Positions 31,711 through 45,811 of a stretch of 64,000 nucleotides of DNA are shown here, piece after piece; the stretch's first letter is position 1; each line of letters begins with the position of its first letter. Source of the stretch: Macrostomum lignano (taxonomy: Eukaryota). The position numbers and the translations under genes were made by a program. The stretch is from NCBI GenBank assembly GCA_002269645.1, contig NIVC01000292.1:682001-746000 (forward strand). Reading direction: 5' to 3'. A model generated the notes under the pieces. It did not search any database. It was not told where the DNA came from and was given only the letters and a program-made list of their open reading frames with translations.

Positions 31711-33699
31711 GGAACACACGGAGGCAGGCAGTAGCCCAGAACCCCGCAGCCCCATCATCCACAGGCCATAAAAAGCGCAACTGCAAGCCGAATGAATTTG
31801 AGCTGTTTTTTGAGTCGAACTCCCCCCGACTCCAATTAAATGCCGCTCAGCTTTCCCCCAGCAGAGCAAGTTTTTGCCCTCCCCCCTCCCAATCAGTCAG
31901 GTGAGTGGCAGGTGAAACAGGATGAGCAGCTCAGTAATGAGTAAAATGTCGCTAGCAATGGCTGAGTCTGCAGATCTGCTCGCCATCTGCTGGCAGTTTT
32001 GTCACGGAGCCGCCAGCTCGGGGCGAACTCAAATCTGAGCAGCATCGCTCCGAATGAGCCCCAGCGGAAATGCCAGCCGCGCTGCTCACACTGAGAGTCG
32101 GGAGGGTGGGGGGCAAACTGAGCCGGGCCGCGAGTCCCCGGGGACAGATTCCGCAATTGATGGACCCAGCTTTCTGGCGCTGAGCACAAAGAAATTCTTT
32201 TGCCGGATTGCGGAGCAGAGATAAGCCGCTGCATAGGGGATGGGCGAGTATTGTGCGCGGGATTTGAATCCCCCCGTGTCTGACTCACTCTGAGCCCTGG
32301 GGGGAGGGTTGGGTGGCGAGGTCCAGGTAAGGCCAAAGCTTTCTTTTGAGTATTGAGGGGGAATTTCTCTCGGGCTTGCCTGCAACAAGTGAGTTGGTAA
32401 ATTGCTCACCCCGCTGTGCTCAAATACTGCTCAATTACTGGGTGCATCTTTGTGCTTATTCACTGGCCCAATCACTAGCTCAATCACTGCTCAACCACTG
32501 TGCTCATGCTCAAATCCCTTCTCAGTCACTGCTCAATCACTGTGCTCATGCTCAAATCCTTTCTCAGTCACTGCTCACTCTGTATGCTCACTTCCTGTGC
32601 GCACTCTGTGCTCACTGTGCTCACTCCCTGTGCTCAAATAGCTTGAGTGCACACGAGTGCCAAGACAGCAGCAGCAGCTGCTGCCGCAGAGATTTAAGCG
32701 ATTTGAGCCAGTTGCCTCTCCTTAGCCCAGCCTCTCATCTGTTCCCCATCAAACAGGCGCGGCTGTCTCGCAGGCGGCCGTGTGTTTGCATGCATCCGCC
32801 TGAGCTGCGAAAGCAGACAGCTCAGCTCAGCAGGGCGGATTCAGAGACGTGACGCGAGCGCCTGAGAGAGGCGGGGCGGGCCGCGGTTGAAGTGGATTGA
32901 TGGCGGGGATAAATTATATATTCCAGAACACACAGGGGGCCAGGGGGGTCCCGAGCTCCTTATGCGCTGGCAGGCTCAGTTTCCGAGCTCCGCCGCCGCT
33001 GTCTCAAATAGTTGAGATATTCGGAGAGTCTGCAGAGAAGAAATCTGCATCTCTCTACTCTTGACTCATCTATCTGGCCAATACAAGTGTCTATCAGGCT
33101 CAGGAACCGCTACTTTATAAAGTTATCAAGAGATTTTTCCCTGACCTTTACCTGAAGCACCTGAAGCAACCTGTGCAGCAATTTGGCCAGGTAGATTTCA
33201 GATGCAGCTGTCCCCAATCAGGACCATTAATTATAGTTAATTAAAACCTGTGTAGGCCTGGCTAATGAAGCGATAAAATCAGGGGTTAGGTCCGAGGGTA
33301 AAGGGTCAATTAGCTGAAGGCCATATAGCTGAAGTTTTAAAAATGCTTAGAAATGAATCGCCCATTTTTACAAGGCGAATCTGTGACGGCTTCTGTGGGG
33401 CTGGGGTTCCGAGTCTGAGGTTTGCAGGTATTCCACAGAGAGAGGGGGCTGTGGAATGTAATGCAAGCTAATGGGCTTTGACGTGACTGGGGGACGCCAG
33501 TGCAGAGATTCAACACACATGCTTCAGGCAGGTCACTGCTGCCGACACATGCAAATTATAGATTCGAGCCAACGACCTCTTAAGGACACCAAGTGATAAA
33601 TATGAAGGTATTGGCTATCGAAAACTTTTGGGAAATCATTGTCGGGATGATTGAGGATAATTTGAGACGGAGATAACGAGGGATAAAGTTGGTGAAAAT

Positions 33700-33945
33700 G
33701 GTGGATAGAGGCTGGGATAATGGAGGATACAGGGAGGGATATTATAGGATAGAGGCTATCAGGATAACGGAGGATAGAGGCCAGGCTAACGGAGGATAGA
33801 GGCCAGGATAACCGAGGATAGATGCCAAGATAACAGAGGATAGTGGCCAGGATAACGGAGGATAGAGGCCAGGATAACGGAGGATAGAGGTCAAGATAAC
33901 AGAGGATAGAGGCCAGGATAACGGAGGATAGAGGCCAGGATAGAG
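33700..33945. repeat. About 22-bp minisatellite (ggatagaggccaggataacgga) abutting the exon 5 donor
   Basis: Tandem units degrading leftward. Confidence 0.85.
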
Positions 33946-33953
33946 CAGCTCAC

Positions 33954-34647
33954 CCGAATCGAAGTAGACCTCGGACAGCAGCACCCAGTGGCTTCTGGGA
34001 GCGAAGTGCAGCCGCAGCCGCACGAAGCGCCCCACCAGCCCGGAGACCGGCAGGCGCACAGGCCTGGTGAACTGGTTGACGTCATCGGGCGGCACCGCCA
34101 GCTCCAGGCTGTCCCCGGTGAAGTACACCCCGCCGACGCTGGCCGCCACGCTGGCCCTCGAGAACAGCCGGGCGTCGCAGCGCCGGAAGTCGTTGTTGAC
34201 GTCCACCGTGATGGAGCGGAAGCGGCGCACCGCGTCGAACTCGAACAGCAGCTCGACGCTGTCGCTGCCCAGCTGGCGCCGGTCCCAGCCGACGTACGGC
34301 AGCCCCGCCAGGCCGTCGTTGTTGGGGTCCATGCCGGGCGACGCGGAGCTGCTGATGTAGTCGGACAGCTGGCCGAGGCCGCCCACCAGCCGGCCGCGTA
34401 CCACCCGGCCATCGTAGTAGTGATCGGTGAAGTTTGCCCGGCCGCCTGCGGCCGTGTGGCCCTGCGGCGCTGAGTAGGCCAGCAGGCCCTGGTAGTCCGG
34501 GCAGCCGAACAGCTCGAACTTCAGGCACACGTTGGTGTCGCGCTCGTCCGGGTTCAGCGGGAAAATTCTCACCTGCTTGGCAACCAGGGGCGGCTTCAGG
34601 CTCACGTAGTTCTTCTTGTCTTTCACGTCCGTGTTGCCTTTGATTAT
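33954..34647 (-). CDS. DDR: DDR exon 5 (end of discoidin domain + discoidin-like domain)
   Basis: Acceptor ccgcccag|ATA. GNTD..L.PPLVAKQVRIFP..VCLKFELFGC (F5/8C end), then GGLGQLSD..YVGW..VELLFEFDAVRRF..WVLLSEVYFDS; phase-1 donor G|GTGAG. Confidence 0.93.
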
Positions 34648-34729
34648 CTGGGCGGAAGGTGAGGTAGGCTGGGAAGGTGAGTTAACGAGCTGGTTTGGGG
34701 GCCGCAATGTTTGGGGATTTAAGGGCCTT

Positions 34730-35520
34730 TTGGTCTGGGGATCTTTGGGATCTGGGGATCTTTGGAATTTAGGGATCTTTTGGATCTGGAGATCTTTGGG
34801 ATCTGGGGATATTTGGGATCTGGGGATCTTTTGGATCTGGGGATCTTTGGGATCTTTTGGATCTTTGGGATCTGGGGATCTTTTGGATCTGGGGATCTTT
34901 TGGATCTTTTGGATCTGGGGATCTTTGGGATCTGGGGATGTTTGGGATCTGGGGATGTTTGGGATCTGGGGATCTTTGGTATCTGAAGATCTTTGGGATC
35001 TGGGGATCTTTTGGATCTTGGGATCTTTGGTATCTGAGGATCTTTGGGATCTGGGGATCTTTTGGATCTGGGGATCTTTGGGATCTGGGGATCTTTGAGA
35101 TCTGGGGATCTTTGGGATCTGGGGATCTTTGGGATCTGGGGATATTTGGGATCTGGGGATCTTTTGGATCTGGGGATCTTTGGGATCTTTTGGATCTTTG
35201 GGATCTGGGGATCTTTTGGATCTGGGGATCTTTTGGATCTTTTGGATCTGGGGATCTTTGGGATCTGGGGATCTTTGGGATCTGGGGATGTTTGGGATCT
35301 GGGGATCTTTGGTATCTGAAGATCTTTGGGATCTGGGGATCTTTTGGATCTTGGGATCTTTGGTATCTGAGGATCTTTGGGATCTGGGGATCTTTTGGAT
35401 CTGGGGATCTTTGGGATCTGGGGATCTTTGAGATCTGGGGATCTTTGGGATCTGGGGATCTTTGAGATCTGGGGATCTTTGGGATCTGGGGATCTTTGGG
35501 ATCTGGGGATTTTGGGATTA
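34730..35520. repeat. GGATCT-based complex satellite with a 333-bp higher-order duplication
   Basis: The variant tgaag occurs at 34984 and 35317 in identical context. Confidence 0.9.
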
Positions 35521-36409
35521 GGGGGATTTTTAGATCGGGGAATTTTGGGATCTGAGGATCTTGAAGATCGGAGGATTTCGGGAGGTGGGTATTTGGAAGA
35601 GTATTTTAGGACGTGCGGATTTTGGGATCAGGGAATTTTCAGGCTCGGAATACATAATTTTCCCGCCATTGACGCGATAAGCCAAAGTTAATATTCATAT
35701 TGCTCCCGTTCATATGCACTTTAACGCGAGAAGTAAGCAACAGTTTGCAGAGAGATTCGTACGATCCCAAGTCGCTCTGCAACTTGTTTGCCTCCCCCCC
35801 CCCACAGCGGGAGCGCTAAATAATTTCCCAATAATACTCGCGTTAATCGCAGTTCGCGTGCAAAAAGCATTCAATCAAACAGATGAGGGCTGGGTGAGTA
35901 AGTCACTGACCCCAGCGGATCCCCAGGAAGAACTCTTCGAGAAGGAGCGCCCGCCCCGCTCCCTCTTCCCCATTGTCTTTGTGCTTGAAATTGAAAGTGA
36001 AAAAAGCTGCCAGAGGAGATCTGACCGCAGACGGGCACTCATGGGGGGGGGGGGTCAATTGAAAGTTTGGGAGATCTGACCGCAGCCCGGGTGTGACATT
36101 TGAAAACCCGCCCCTGTCCCCCGACTGCTGCGTGGGATCTGAGATCTGGGATCAGACTGCCCGGGGAGTGGCCGGGGCTTCTTGGGGAGCAAAAGTTGAG
36201 GAGGGCTTAAGGAGGCGGGGCCAGCCCAGCAAGAGGATTATCCCCAGCCCGAGTGCGTGGCCTGGGCTGGATTAGGAGGTTTTCCCCTTCTGCTGTGTTT
36301 TTTAAAAATCTTTTTTTCGGTAAGGGAAATGAATCACTGCGGCTGATGCTCGAAATCCGCCGCCAGAGCTGCCTCCCCACTAGCGCTCGGTTCGAAGGGA
36401 GGCAGACAG

Positions 36410-37730
36410 GGAGAGGCAGGCAGGGAGGCAGGGAGACGGAGAGAGGCAGGGAGACAGGGAGACGGAGAGAGGCAGGCAGGGAGACGCAGAGGCAGGGAGA
36501 CGCAGAGGCAGGGAGGCAGGGAGACGGAGAGAGGCAGGGAGACAGGGAGACGGAGAGAGGCAGGGAGGCAGGGAGACGCAGAGGCAGGGAGGGAGTGAGA
36601 CGGAGAGAGGCAGGGAGACAGGGAGACGGAGAGAGGCAGGGAGGCAGTGAGACGCAGAGAGGCAGGGAGACAGGGAGACGGAGAGAGGCAGGGAGGCAGG
36701 GAGACGCAGAGAGGCAGGGAGGCAGTGAGACGGAGAGAGGCAGGGAGACAGGGAGACGGAGAGAGGCAGGGAGGCAGGGAGACGGAGAGAGGCAGGGAGG
36801 CAGGGAGACGGAGAGAGGCAGGGAGGCAGTGAGACGCAGAGAGGCAGGGAGACAGGGAGACGGAGAGAGGCAGGGAGGCAGGGAGACGCAGAGAGGCAGG
36901 GAGACAGGGAGACGGAGAGAGGCAGGGAGGCAGGGAGACGCAGAGAGGCAGGGAGACAGGGAGACGGAGAGAGGCAGGGAGGCAGGGAGACGGAGAGAGG
37001 CAGGGAGACAGGGAGACGCAGAGAGGCAGGGAGGCAGGGAGACGCAGAGGCAGGGAGACAGGGAGACGGAGAGAGGCAGGGAGACAGGGAGACGCAGAGA
37101 GGCAGGGAGGCAGGGAGACGCAGAGAGGCAGGGAGGCAGGGAGACGGAGAGAGGCAGGCAGGGAGGCAGGGAGACGCAGAGAGGCAGGGAGACAGGGAGA
37201 CGGAGAGAGGCAGGGAGGCAGGGAGACGGAGAGAGGCAGGGAGACAGGGAGACGGAGAGAGGCAGGGAGACAGGGAGACGCAGAGAGGCAGGGAGGCAGG
37301 GAGACGCAGAGGCAGGGAGACAGGGAGACGGAGAGAGGCAGGGAGACAGGGAGACGCAGAGAGGCAGGGAGGCAGGGAGACGCAGAGGCAGGGAGACAGG
37401 GAGACGGAGAGAGGCAGGGAGACAGGGAGACGCAGAGAGGCAGGGAGGCAGGGAGACGCAGAGGCAGGGAGACAGGGAGACGGAGAGAGGCAGGGAGACA
37501 GGGAGACGCAGAGAGGCAGGGAGGCAGGGAGACGCAGAGAGGCAGGGAGACAGGGAGACGCAGAGAGGCAGGGAGGCAGGGAGACGCAGAGAGGCAGGGA
37601 GACAGGGAGACGCAGAGAGGCAGGGAGGCAGGGAGACGCAGAGAGGCAGGGAGACAGGAAGACGCAGAGAGGCAGGGAGACAGGAAGACGCAGAGAGGCA
37701 GGGAGACAGGGAGACGCAGAGAGGCAGGGA
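36410..37730. repeat. Purine-rich complex repeat (gggagac[g/a]..gagaggca)
   Basis: 1.3 kb of 8-18-bp interleaved units. Confidence 0.92.
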
Positions 37731-38324
37731 GAAAGTCGCCCTTGGCAGGCTACCGGCCCAGGTGGCCAGATGGGCGCTAGAAAATCTTGACACTCAGCTA
37801 GACACTCCTGGGCACTCTTCTGAGCACTCTTTTGAGCACTCTCCTGGACAACCTACCTACTGAGCTCATCTCCGGCTATCATCCAGAGCTGAGCGCTCTC
37901 ATTGAAAGCAAAATATTAAATTTCAAACAGGTAGAAAGCATCTCTCGGGCTGAGCAGGGACAGAGGCAGGCAGACAACAAGCTGAGGCACACCTTGATTG
38001 ACACCTGCCACCCGAGATCAGCCGCACTGGATTAAATCCAAACCCTATGGACAGACACGAATAACTAAGGACTACACCATAAATCCTCATTGGAGGAGGG
38101 GAAGCTGCGATGAAGCGGCAGGGGCAGCAGGTGACAGACTGTTCTGACAGGCCACAGATGGCGCCAGAGATTGCAGATGACGGATCAGCGATGGAGAAAG
38201 ATGGGAAATGGGAGGAGAGAGATGGGGAGAAAGTCACTGGGGAACGAGTGCTGCTCGGTAAAATGAGGAAAACTGTTGCGTAACACCGGAGAACTGTTGA
38301 ACCGTGAGACTGCTCAGGGAAACT

Positions 38325-38935
38325 GCTCAGTGAGACTGCTCAGTGAAACTGCTCAGTGAGACTGCTCAGTGAAACTGCTCAGTGAGACTGCTCAGTGAAC
38401 TGCTCAGTGAAACTGCTCAGTGAGACTGCTCAGTGAAACTGCTCAGTGAACTGCTCAGTGAACTGCTCAGTGAGACTGCTCAGTGAAACTGCTCAGTGAG
38501 ACTGCTCAGTGAGACTGCTCAGTAAAACTGCTCAGTGAACTGCTCAGTGAAACTGCTCAGTGAGACTGCTCAGTGAAACTGCTCAGTGAGACTGCTCAGT
38601 GAGACTGCTCAGTGAACTGCTCAGTGAAACTGCTCAGTGAGACTGCTCAGTGAAACTGCTCAGTGAGACTGCTCAGTGAGACTGCTCAGTGAAACTGCTC
38701 AGTGAGACTGCTCAGTGAGACTGCTCAGTGAAACTGCTCATTAAAACTGCTCATTCAAACTGCTCATTCAAACTGCTCATTCAAACTGCTCATTCAAACT
38801 GCTCATTCAAACTGCTCATTCAAACTGCTCATTAAAACTGCTCATTAAAACTGCTCATTAAAACTGCTCATTCAAACTGCTCATTCAAACTGCTCATTCA
38901 AACTGCTCATTCAAACTGCTCATTCAAACTGCTCA
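38325..38935. repeat. 12/13-bp minisatellite (aaactgctcagtg / aaactgctcattc) abutting the exon 4 donor
   Basis: Two variant domains; ends about 5 nt from the GT. Confidence 0.93.
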
Positions 38936-38940
38936 CTCAC

Positions 38941-39048
38941 CGATTTAGACTGCAGCTTGCCCTGGCTGAAGCTGAGCATGCTGTAGTTGCGGAACTGCTC
39001 AGCCTCGCTGCGCCGGTACTGGATGAACAGCTGTTTGGACTGCTCGCC
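38941..39048 (-). CDS. DDR: DDR exon 4 (discoidin domain)
   Basis: tttgcag|GGC...TCG|GTGAGT, 108 nt, phase 0/0; GEQSKQLFIQYRRS. Confidence 0.85.
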
Positions 39049-41971
39049 CTGCAAAGAGAGGGCGGGGCCGAGCAGCTATTGAAGTGTTTGCAGCAGCAAA
39101 TGTATCTACAGTGTATCCGTGAGCTCAACTGCAACTGGCAACAAAAAGGGGATTAAAAAACACACGAGAGGCGAGGACAAAAGGCGGAGCAGCTGAAAGA
39201 CTAGAATTGCTACTTCCCGGCCTCAAACTGCTCAAACTGCTCAAGCAAACGCAACACAGAAGCGCTACTCTCCGTTTGAGTCGCTGACTCGGCCGCGCCC
39301 ACCTTGCCGCATCTGCAGGCAGGAGAATCGATGGAGCCGCCATTTGCCCGCATCGATCCGCCCCCCCCCCCCCGGGTAACCGGAGACTCCGGAGACTTCG
39401 GTGGGGATCGCAAGCGGATTAAGAAAGAGAATCGGGATTCCTTCGTTGATCCCTAAAATCTGATCCCCCGGAGAGACACCTGCCCCTCCCCCAGTCAGGT
39501 AGCTGAGCTGGGCAATAATTAAAAACTAATTGCGCTCTCGAGTGCCCAAAAGCCGGAGGGAGGCCCCCTAATGAGCTGAGCAGCGCCCGGCGGCAATGGC
39601 GCAGCTCATGAGCGATGAGGCGCTGAGGCTGGCTGGGGATGAAATATAATTCACGGCATCAAAAAAATCCCCATCGCGTGCCGCTCCCATCGTGGGGCCG
39701 AAATTCCCGCCCCACCGGAACTCACGCCGCCAACTGGTAGCTCAAGTGACCTCGCGGTGACCGGCCGCTGCCTGCCATTGTCTACCATTCCCTGATAATC
39801 CCAATAATTCCCCAGCGTTCCTTAATACTCCACAATAAATTTCAATATGCCCTAATAATATGAAACATTCTCATATTGCAAAGCTGAATTTTTCGCCCAT
39901 CTTCAGAGCGGCATGCGGGGCGGACTTTGCCCTCCCCAGAGTGCAGCAAAGGAATTCCAGGGCAGAACAGGGTCAGCTGGGACTCGACGGAACAGCGACG
40001 AGCATGAGCATGAGCTCTGCTTGGGGGGGGGGGGCTCAAATGATAGGGTATGCGGTCCCGGCATCCCCGAGTTATTTAGCCGGAGGCCGCCCCTCCCCAT
40101 CAGCCGGCACTGCGTGCATATGAAGAAGGGAATTCTCCCCCCACTTTTAGAAAAAAAGTTTGCGGACCAAGTCAAGCGCAGGGATTTGCACTCTGGGGTC
40201 GAGGGGCGGGGGGGAGCGGGAGCGGCGCCGCTGCAGCTGCCCACACGGCGCCGCATCATCGGGCGAAATCCCAGACAGCTTTGGGGGGATCTTGAGAATC
40301 TGGGCGGAGAAGGCAACGGCTGCGGCAGTTTTCCTCTCAAGTGGGGGGGGGCGGTCTTTAGAAAATAAATAATTCAGAGGGGATCCCCGAAACTTGGCCG
40401 CGACTGTGGAAGTGCAGCACTGGATAGAGCAAACTGCCCCATCACTGGGCATCCAGACTCTCCCCTCCGCTGCTTATTCAAGCTTGTCAGATTGCTCGGG
40501 CCCAGAAGGGCGACGACAAGCGGGACGACAACAAAAGGCAAATATTTTTGTCGTCAACGTGCAAAACTTTTTAGCGAAATTAGATATGAAAAATCATGCG
40601 AAAGCCCCTGTCTATGGCCATAAATCATTACGAGCCGCACTAGCGGGCTCTCTAGGGAGGCATAAAAATCCCTTGGATAGATAAGTTTTACTGCGCAGTG
40701 ACAGCTGTCTGAAGTCGCTAAAATAATTTCCTTCATAGAGGCTGCGGTTGAAGGCTGGGACACTACTCATACTTTCCCTTTTCTCTGCGCGAGAGGCTGA
40801 GCTAATTTGCAAAATAGAGGTTTTACGGTCTCTAGAACTGCCGTCTCCGAGCTCCGTGAGCACGGTGTCCCCCCCCCCCACGGAGGCACTGGAGCGGGCA
40901 GCGGCGGTGCTTTGAGTCGGAGCGGAGAAAGCAGCTCACTTAGGCAGAAGTTGAGAACCGCATGCAGCCTGCTAATCGGAGCCTGCAGCTCCCCAGACGG
41001 ACAGGAAGAGAGACAGAAGGAGGACAGGGGGGCAGCCTCAGGCTGCTTCCGTTTGAGCATCCCCGGCGCACTGAGGACGGCTTTGATGTGCCGAGCAAAC
41101 AGAGGCGGACGGCCTCAGCTCTGCCAGCCGGCACCGAAGTCGCTGGCCCGTGAGACTCCCGGGATGACTTAATTAGCAAGATGAGACACTGGCAAGAGCG
41201 GCTGAGTGGATGAGTAGCTGCGGGGAAGAATCTCCCATCTCAGCAACACCCCGGGCCGTCACCTCGCATCACCTGGTCCGGGCCTGAAAGCCCAGCGACC
41301 GACCAGATTGAGTGGCGCCGCACCGCCAATTATGCCAAATTAATGCGCCAGCGCACCCCGAGTTCGAGATGAATGGCCGGATGGGGCGGGCCGGGGAGGC
41401 TGCGCATGGAATCAAAGTGGGAAGCTGCTGGACTGTTAAAAAGCCGAGGACAGAAGTGCACGATGCTGAATGATGCAGATGCAGATGCAGGGCGATCCCC
41501 CAGCCTCCAGCTGGCTTTTGTCAGCTCGAGTCCTCCAGCAGCCTACGGCTCAAGTTTCCACCTCCTATGCTTCTCCATTTCACTGCATCGGCCGCCGACT
41601 TTCGGATTTCTGCTGCAACACAGAAATTCCCCCCTATGCCGACCGTGAGACTCTGCGAGATCCGACAGGGGGACAGAAGGCAGCCTCGCCAGGCCTGCCA
41701 TATTTGGAAGGAAACAAAAGCGCGCAGTCCATTGCAGCTGCTCTTTTTCTCTTTCCTTCCCTCCCTCTCTGCAATTTTTTTCTCTAATTTTTCTCTTGTC
41801 TCAGCAGCAGAAAAGCAAACTGCAAGTCAGTCAGGGAGGCGCGCGTGTTTGCTGAATTTGCTCTCTTCTCTATGCATGCGGCAGCCCAGCGGGGCTGTGT
41901 TTGTTTTTCGGAGATGCGGCCAGCCACGGGCTTCATTTAGGCTCCTTTGCTCTGCATGGGCCTTTGAAATG

Positions 41972-42600
41972 GACAGGCTCTGCCATAGACAGGCTCTGCC
42001 ATAGACAGGCTCTGCCATAGACAGGCTCTGCCATAGACAGGCTTTGCCATAGACAGGCTCTGCCATAGACAGGCTCTGCCATAGACAGGCTCTGCCATAG
42101 ACAGGCTTTGCCATAGACAGGCTCTGCCATAGACAGGCTCTGCCATAGACAGGCTCTGCCATAGACAGGCTTTGCCATAGACAGGCTTTGCCATAGACAG
42201 GCTTTGCCATAGACAGGCTCTGCCATAGACAGGCTCTGCCATAGACAGGCTCTGCCATAGACAGGCTTTGCCATTGACAGGCTCTGCCATAGACAGACTC
42301 TGCCATAGACAGACTCTGCCATAGACAGACTCTGCCATAGACAGGCTCTGCCATAGACAGACTCTGCCATAGACAGACTCTGCCATAGACAGGCTCTGCC
42401 ATAGACAGGCTTTGCCATTGACAGGCTCTGCCATAGACAGACTCTGCCATAGACAGACTCTGCCATAGACAGACTCTGCCATAGACAGGCTCTGCCATAG
42501 ACAGACTCTGCCATAGACAGACTCTGCCATAGACAGGCTCTGCCATAGACAGACTCTGCCATAGACAGACTCTGCCATAGACAGGCTCTGCCATAGACAG
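41972..42600. repeat. 16-bp minisatellite (acaggctctgccatag), about 39 copies
   Basis: Direct inspection. Confidence 0.95.
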
Positions 42601-44047
42601 GCGCCCTCGGAAGCGAAAGCCTATTTCCTGGGGCCCCAAGCGGAGCCGAGTCTGAGTCATCCCGGTCTCGCGTGCGTGGCCGAGTTATGATTTCTTTAGC
42701 TAAGCTATTAATATAAAAAATTGGAGGCCAAAAGCAGAGCAAAGCGGGCCAAAGAGAGTTGGCCCCAAGTCATTGCTTGCCCTGCCTGTGTGATGTCACA
42801 ACTGGACGGCCGAAATTGGATAAATCTGGGAGTTATGGCGGAAAGCGTGATGCACAAGAGCGGCTCGGCTGATGCAGAAGAGAGCAGACAGCAGTCGGTG
42901 TGTTATTAGCGACCCCGGGGGGTCCGCACTCGCCACCTTGTCCATTGGGGTTCTCGGGCCGGGCATTTCGCACAGTTGATTAATCCTTGATGGGGAATTA
43001 CCGCGCCGGGTGAAGAAATCTTCCGCCGAGCTAATGAAAGGAGACAAATGAGTGCGCGGCCGGAGTGACTCAGGGCCTGACTGTAATTGAAGCTGAGGGG
43101 CCACCGCCGGCTCGGGCAAAACAAACCGCCGCTGTCGTCTCCCCATAGCCTCCGGCTGTCTGCGTCGCTTATGATTGACAGCGCCTGGGCACGGAGTGAT
43201 GAAGCTGGGGAAGCAGGGGAAGCTGGGCCCGACATCAGTCATCATCAGAGCCAACAACAGGTTGCCAGATGATCTGCCTAAGATCCCCAAAAAAGCGCTG
43301 CTTTGAACTCATCCTGATTGATTTTAAAAAAAGTTATTCTAGCATCTAGGGCGCAGTTTTGCTCTCATTAAAGGTTGGTTAGAAGGGAGAATTATCCCTC
43401 GATGCGAGGGTCCTTTGTTCCCAGATCGCTTCTGTCAAAGGCGCGGCCTAATGGATGACAGGCCTTTGCCAGAAACTTTCTCAGCCCCAAGCCGGGCATT
43501 CAGGCAAGAAGCCGCCTGCCCTATCAGCCATCCGTGAGGAAGCGGCAACCTGACCTGACCTCACCTTTCGCATCTCCCTGGCAGACTGTTTTCTGTCCCA
43601 CAAAAACCCGTGTAAAAGCAGCAGAACAAGAAAAGCAGAAGATGATATTGGGACAGAAAGCCCCACCGCCGTCTGGCCCCCGAACTTCCCATGGGCAAGG
43701 GGAGACTGTGGGGGGATCGGAGTTAAAAGCCGCGGCCAGTTCCAGGTAGAAATGTGACGCCATCAGTATCACCGGTCAGTGGGAGATTTACCTGGGACCG
43801 CCGGGAGCTAATCAATGTTGCCGGGCCACCCCGGGGGCCTGACCAGTCATTGTTTATTCCCCTACATCATCCCCGATCTTCTGGATAGAGCTTTAGTTAG
43901 AAGGTTTAGTCTGGCCGTGTCTGCAGACCGTTTCAATTTTTTTTAATTAAAAAAGACATTTCATCTCTGAATTCATTTCGAACTTCGAACCTTTCATCCA
44001 CAGCTTTAACTTCTGTCACTCCAAACTGACATGATATTTTGTTTATA

Positions 44048-45160
44048 TGGTCACTCTCTGTATAATCTAGTTTCACTCTGATTGTCACTCTCTGTATAAT
44101 CTAGTTTCACTCTGATTGTCACTCTCTGTATAATCTAGTTTCACTCTGATTGTCACTCTCTGTATAATCTAGTTTCACCCCGATTGTCACTCTCTGGATA
44201 ACCTAGTTTCACTCCGATTGTCACTCTCTGGATGATCTAGTTTCACTCCGATTGTCACTCTCTTGATAATCTAGTTTCAATCCGATTGTCACTCTCTGGA
44301 TAATCTAGTTTCACTCCGATTTTCACTCTCTGGATAATCTAGTTTCACTCCGCCAGTCACTCTCTGGATGATCTAGTTTCACTCTGATTGTCACTCTCTG
44401 TATAATCTAGTTTCACTCTGATCACTCTCTGGATAATCTAGTTTCACTCTGATCACTCTCTGGATGATATAGTTTCACTCCGATTGTCACTCTGGATAAT
44501 CTAGTTTCACTCCGATTGTCACTCTCTAGACAATCTAGTTTCACTCAAATTGTCACTCTCTGGATGATCTAGTTTCACTCCGATTGTCACTCTCTGGATA
44601 ACCTAGTTTCACTCCGCCAGTCACTCTCTGGATAATCTAGTTTCACTCCGATTGTCACTCTCTGTATAATCTAGTTTCACTCTGATCACTCTCTGGATGA
44701 TATAGTTTCACTCCGATTGTCACTCTGGATAATCTAGTTTCACTCCGATTGTCACTCTCTAGACAATCTAGTTTCACTCAAATTGTCACTCTCTGGATGA
44801 TCTAGTTTCACTCCGATTGTCACTCTCTGGATAACCTAGTTTCACTCCGCCAGTCACTCTCTGGATAATCTAGTTTCACTCCGATTGTCACTCTCTGTAT
44901 AATCTAGTTTCACTCTGATCACTCTCTGGATGATATAGTTTCACTCCGATTGTCACTCTGGATAATCTAGTTTCACTCCGATTGTCACTCTCTAGACAAT
45001 CTAGTTTCACTCCAATTGTCACTCTCTGGATGATCTAGTTTCACTCCGATTGTCACTCTCTGGATAACCTAGTTTCACTCCGCCAGTCACTCTCTGGATA
45101 ATCTAGTTTCACTCCGATTGTCACTCTCTGGGTGATCTAGTTTCACTCCGCCAGTCACTC
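44048..45160. repeat. About 34-bp minisatellite with 233-bp higher-order periodicity, abutting the exon 3 donor
   Basis: The agacaat variant occurs at 44528, 44761 and 44994. Confidence 0.92.
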
Positions 45161-45169
45161 CCAACTCAC

Positions 45170-45332
45170 CGAGTCCGCAGCCTTGTGCAGTCGAGGCGCG
45201 GTCAGCAGATTGTTGATGATCTTGACGTCCGGGAAGGTGACCATGATCCACTCGGACATGGCGTTCTGCCGCAGCGGCACGTTCGGACACCAGGCCTGGT
45301 CATTCTGGTTGTCGGTGCCGTCGTTCGAGATT
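45170..45332 (-). CDS. DDR: DDR exon 3 (discoidin domain)
   Basis: ttttttcag|A...TCG|GTGAGT; AWCP..SEWIMVTF..II..LTAPR, phase 2/0. Confidence 0.9.
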
Positions 45333-45811
45333 CTGAAAAAAATTCCGGGCATCAATGGGGGCGCCAATGAAGCAGCGGCGTACATGCAGATTTGCAACTT
45401 CAAAACAGGATCAGCCTCTCCGCCCCCTGCCCCCAGTTCAAAAAAGAACAGTCGAGGCACATTTTTTCAATCCTTCTTTTCCTCATTCGCGAATGCATCA
45501 CCTGTTTTGCTCTGCATCAAAGATGAAGGACTGAGAGAGACAGGTCAGCTGCTTCAAGGCCTGGCAGGCGGCGGGAAGCCCCGCCTGGGACATCCCAAGC
45601 CATTTTTATGATGCCGCAAATCTCTTTTCTAGCCTTTTCAAGAAAATGGGCTTCACACAGCGGTGGCCGCCCCGGCTTCTTGTGGGACATTCTTCTGCAT
45701 TTCCTTCTGCAGGCGGCCTGGGGTGCTGGGATTTCTGATGCCCCAATTGAGTCTGACTGCTTCTGTATTGAACTGCCAACTTGCCAATGTGCTTATCTAC
45801 CCACCGATCCA

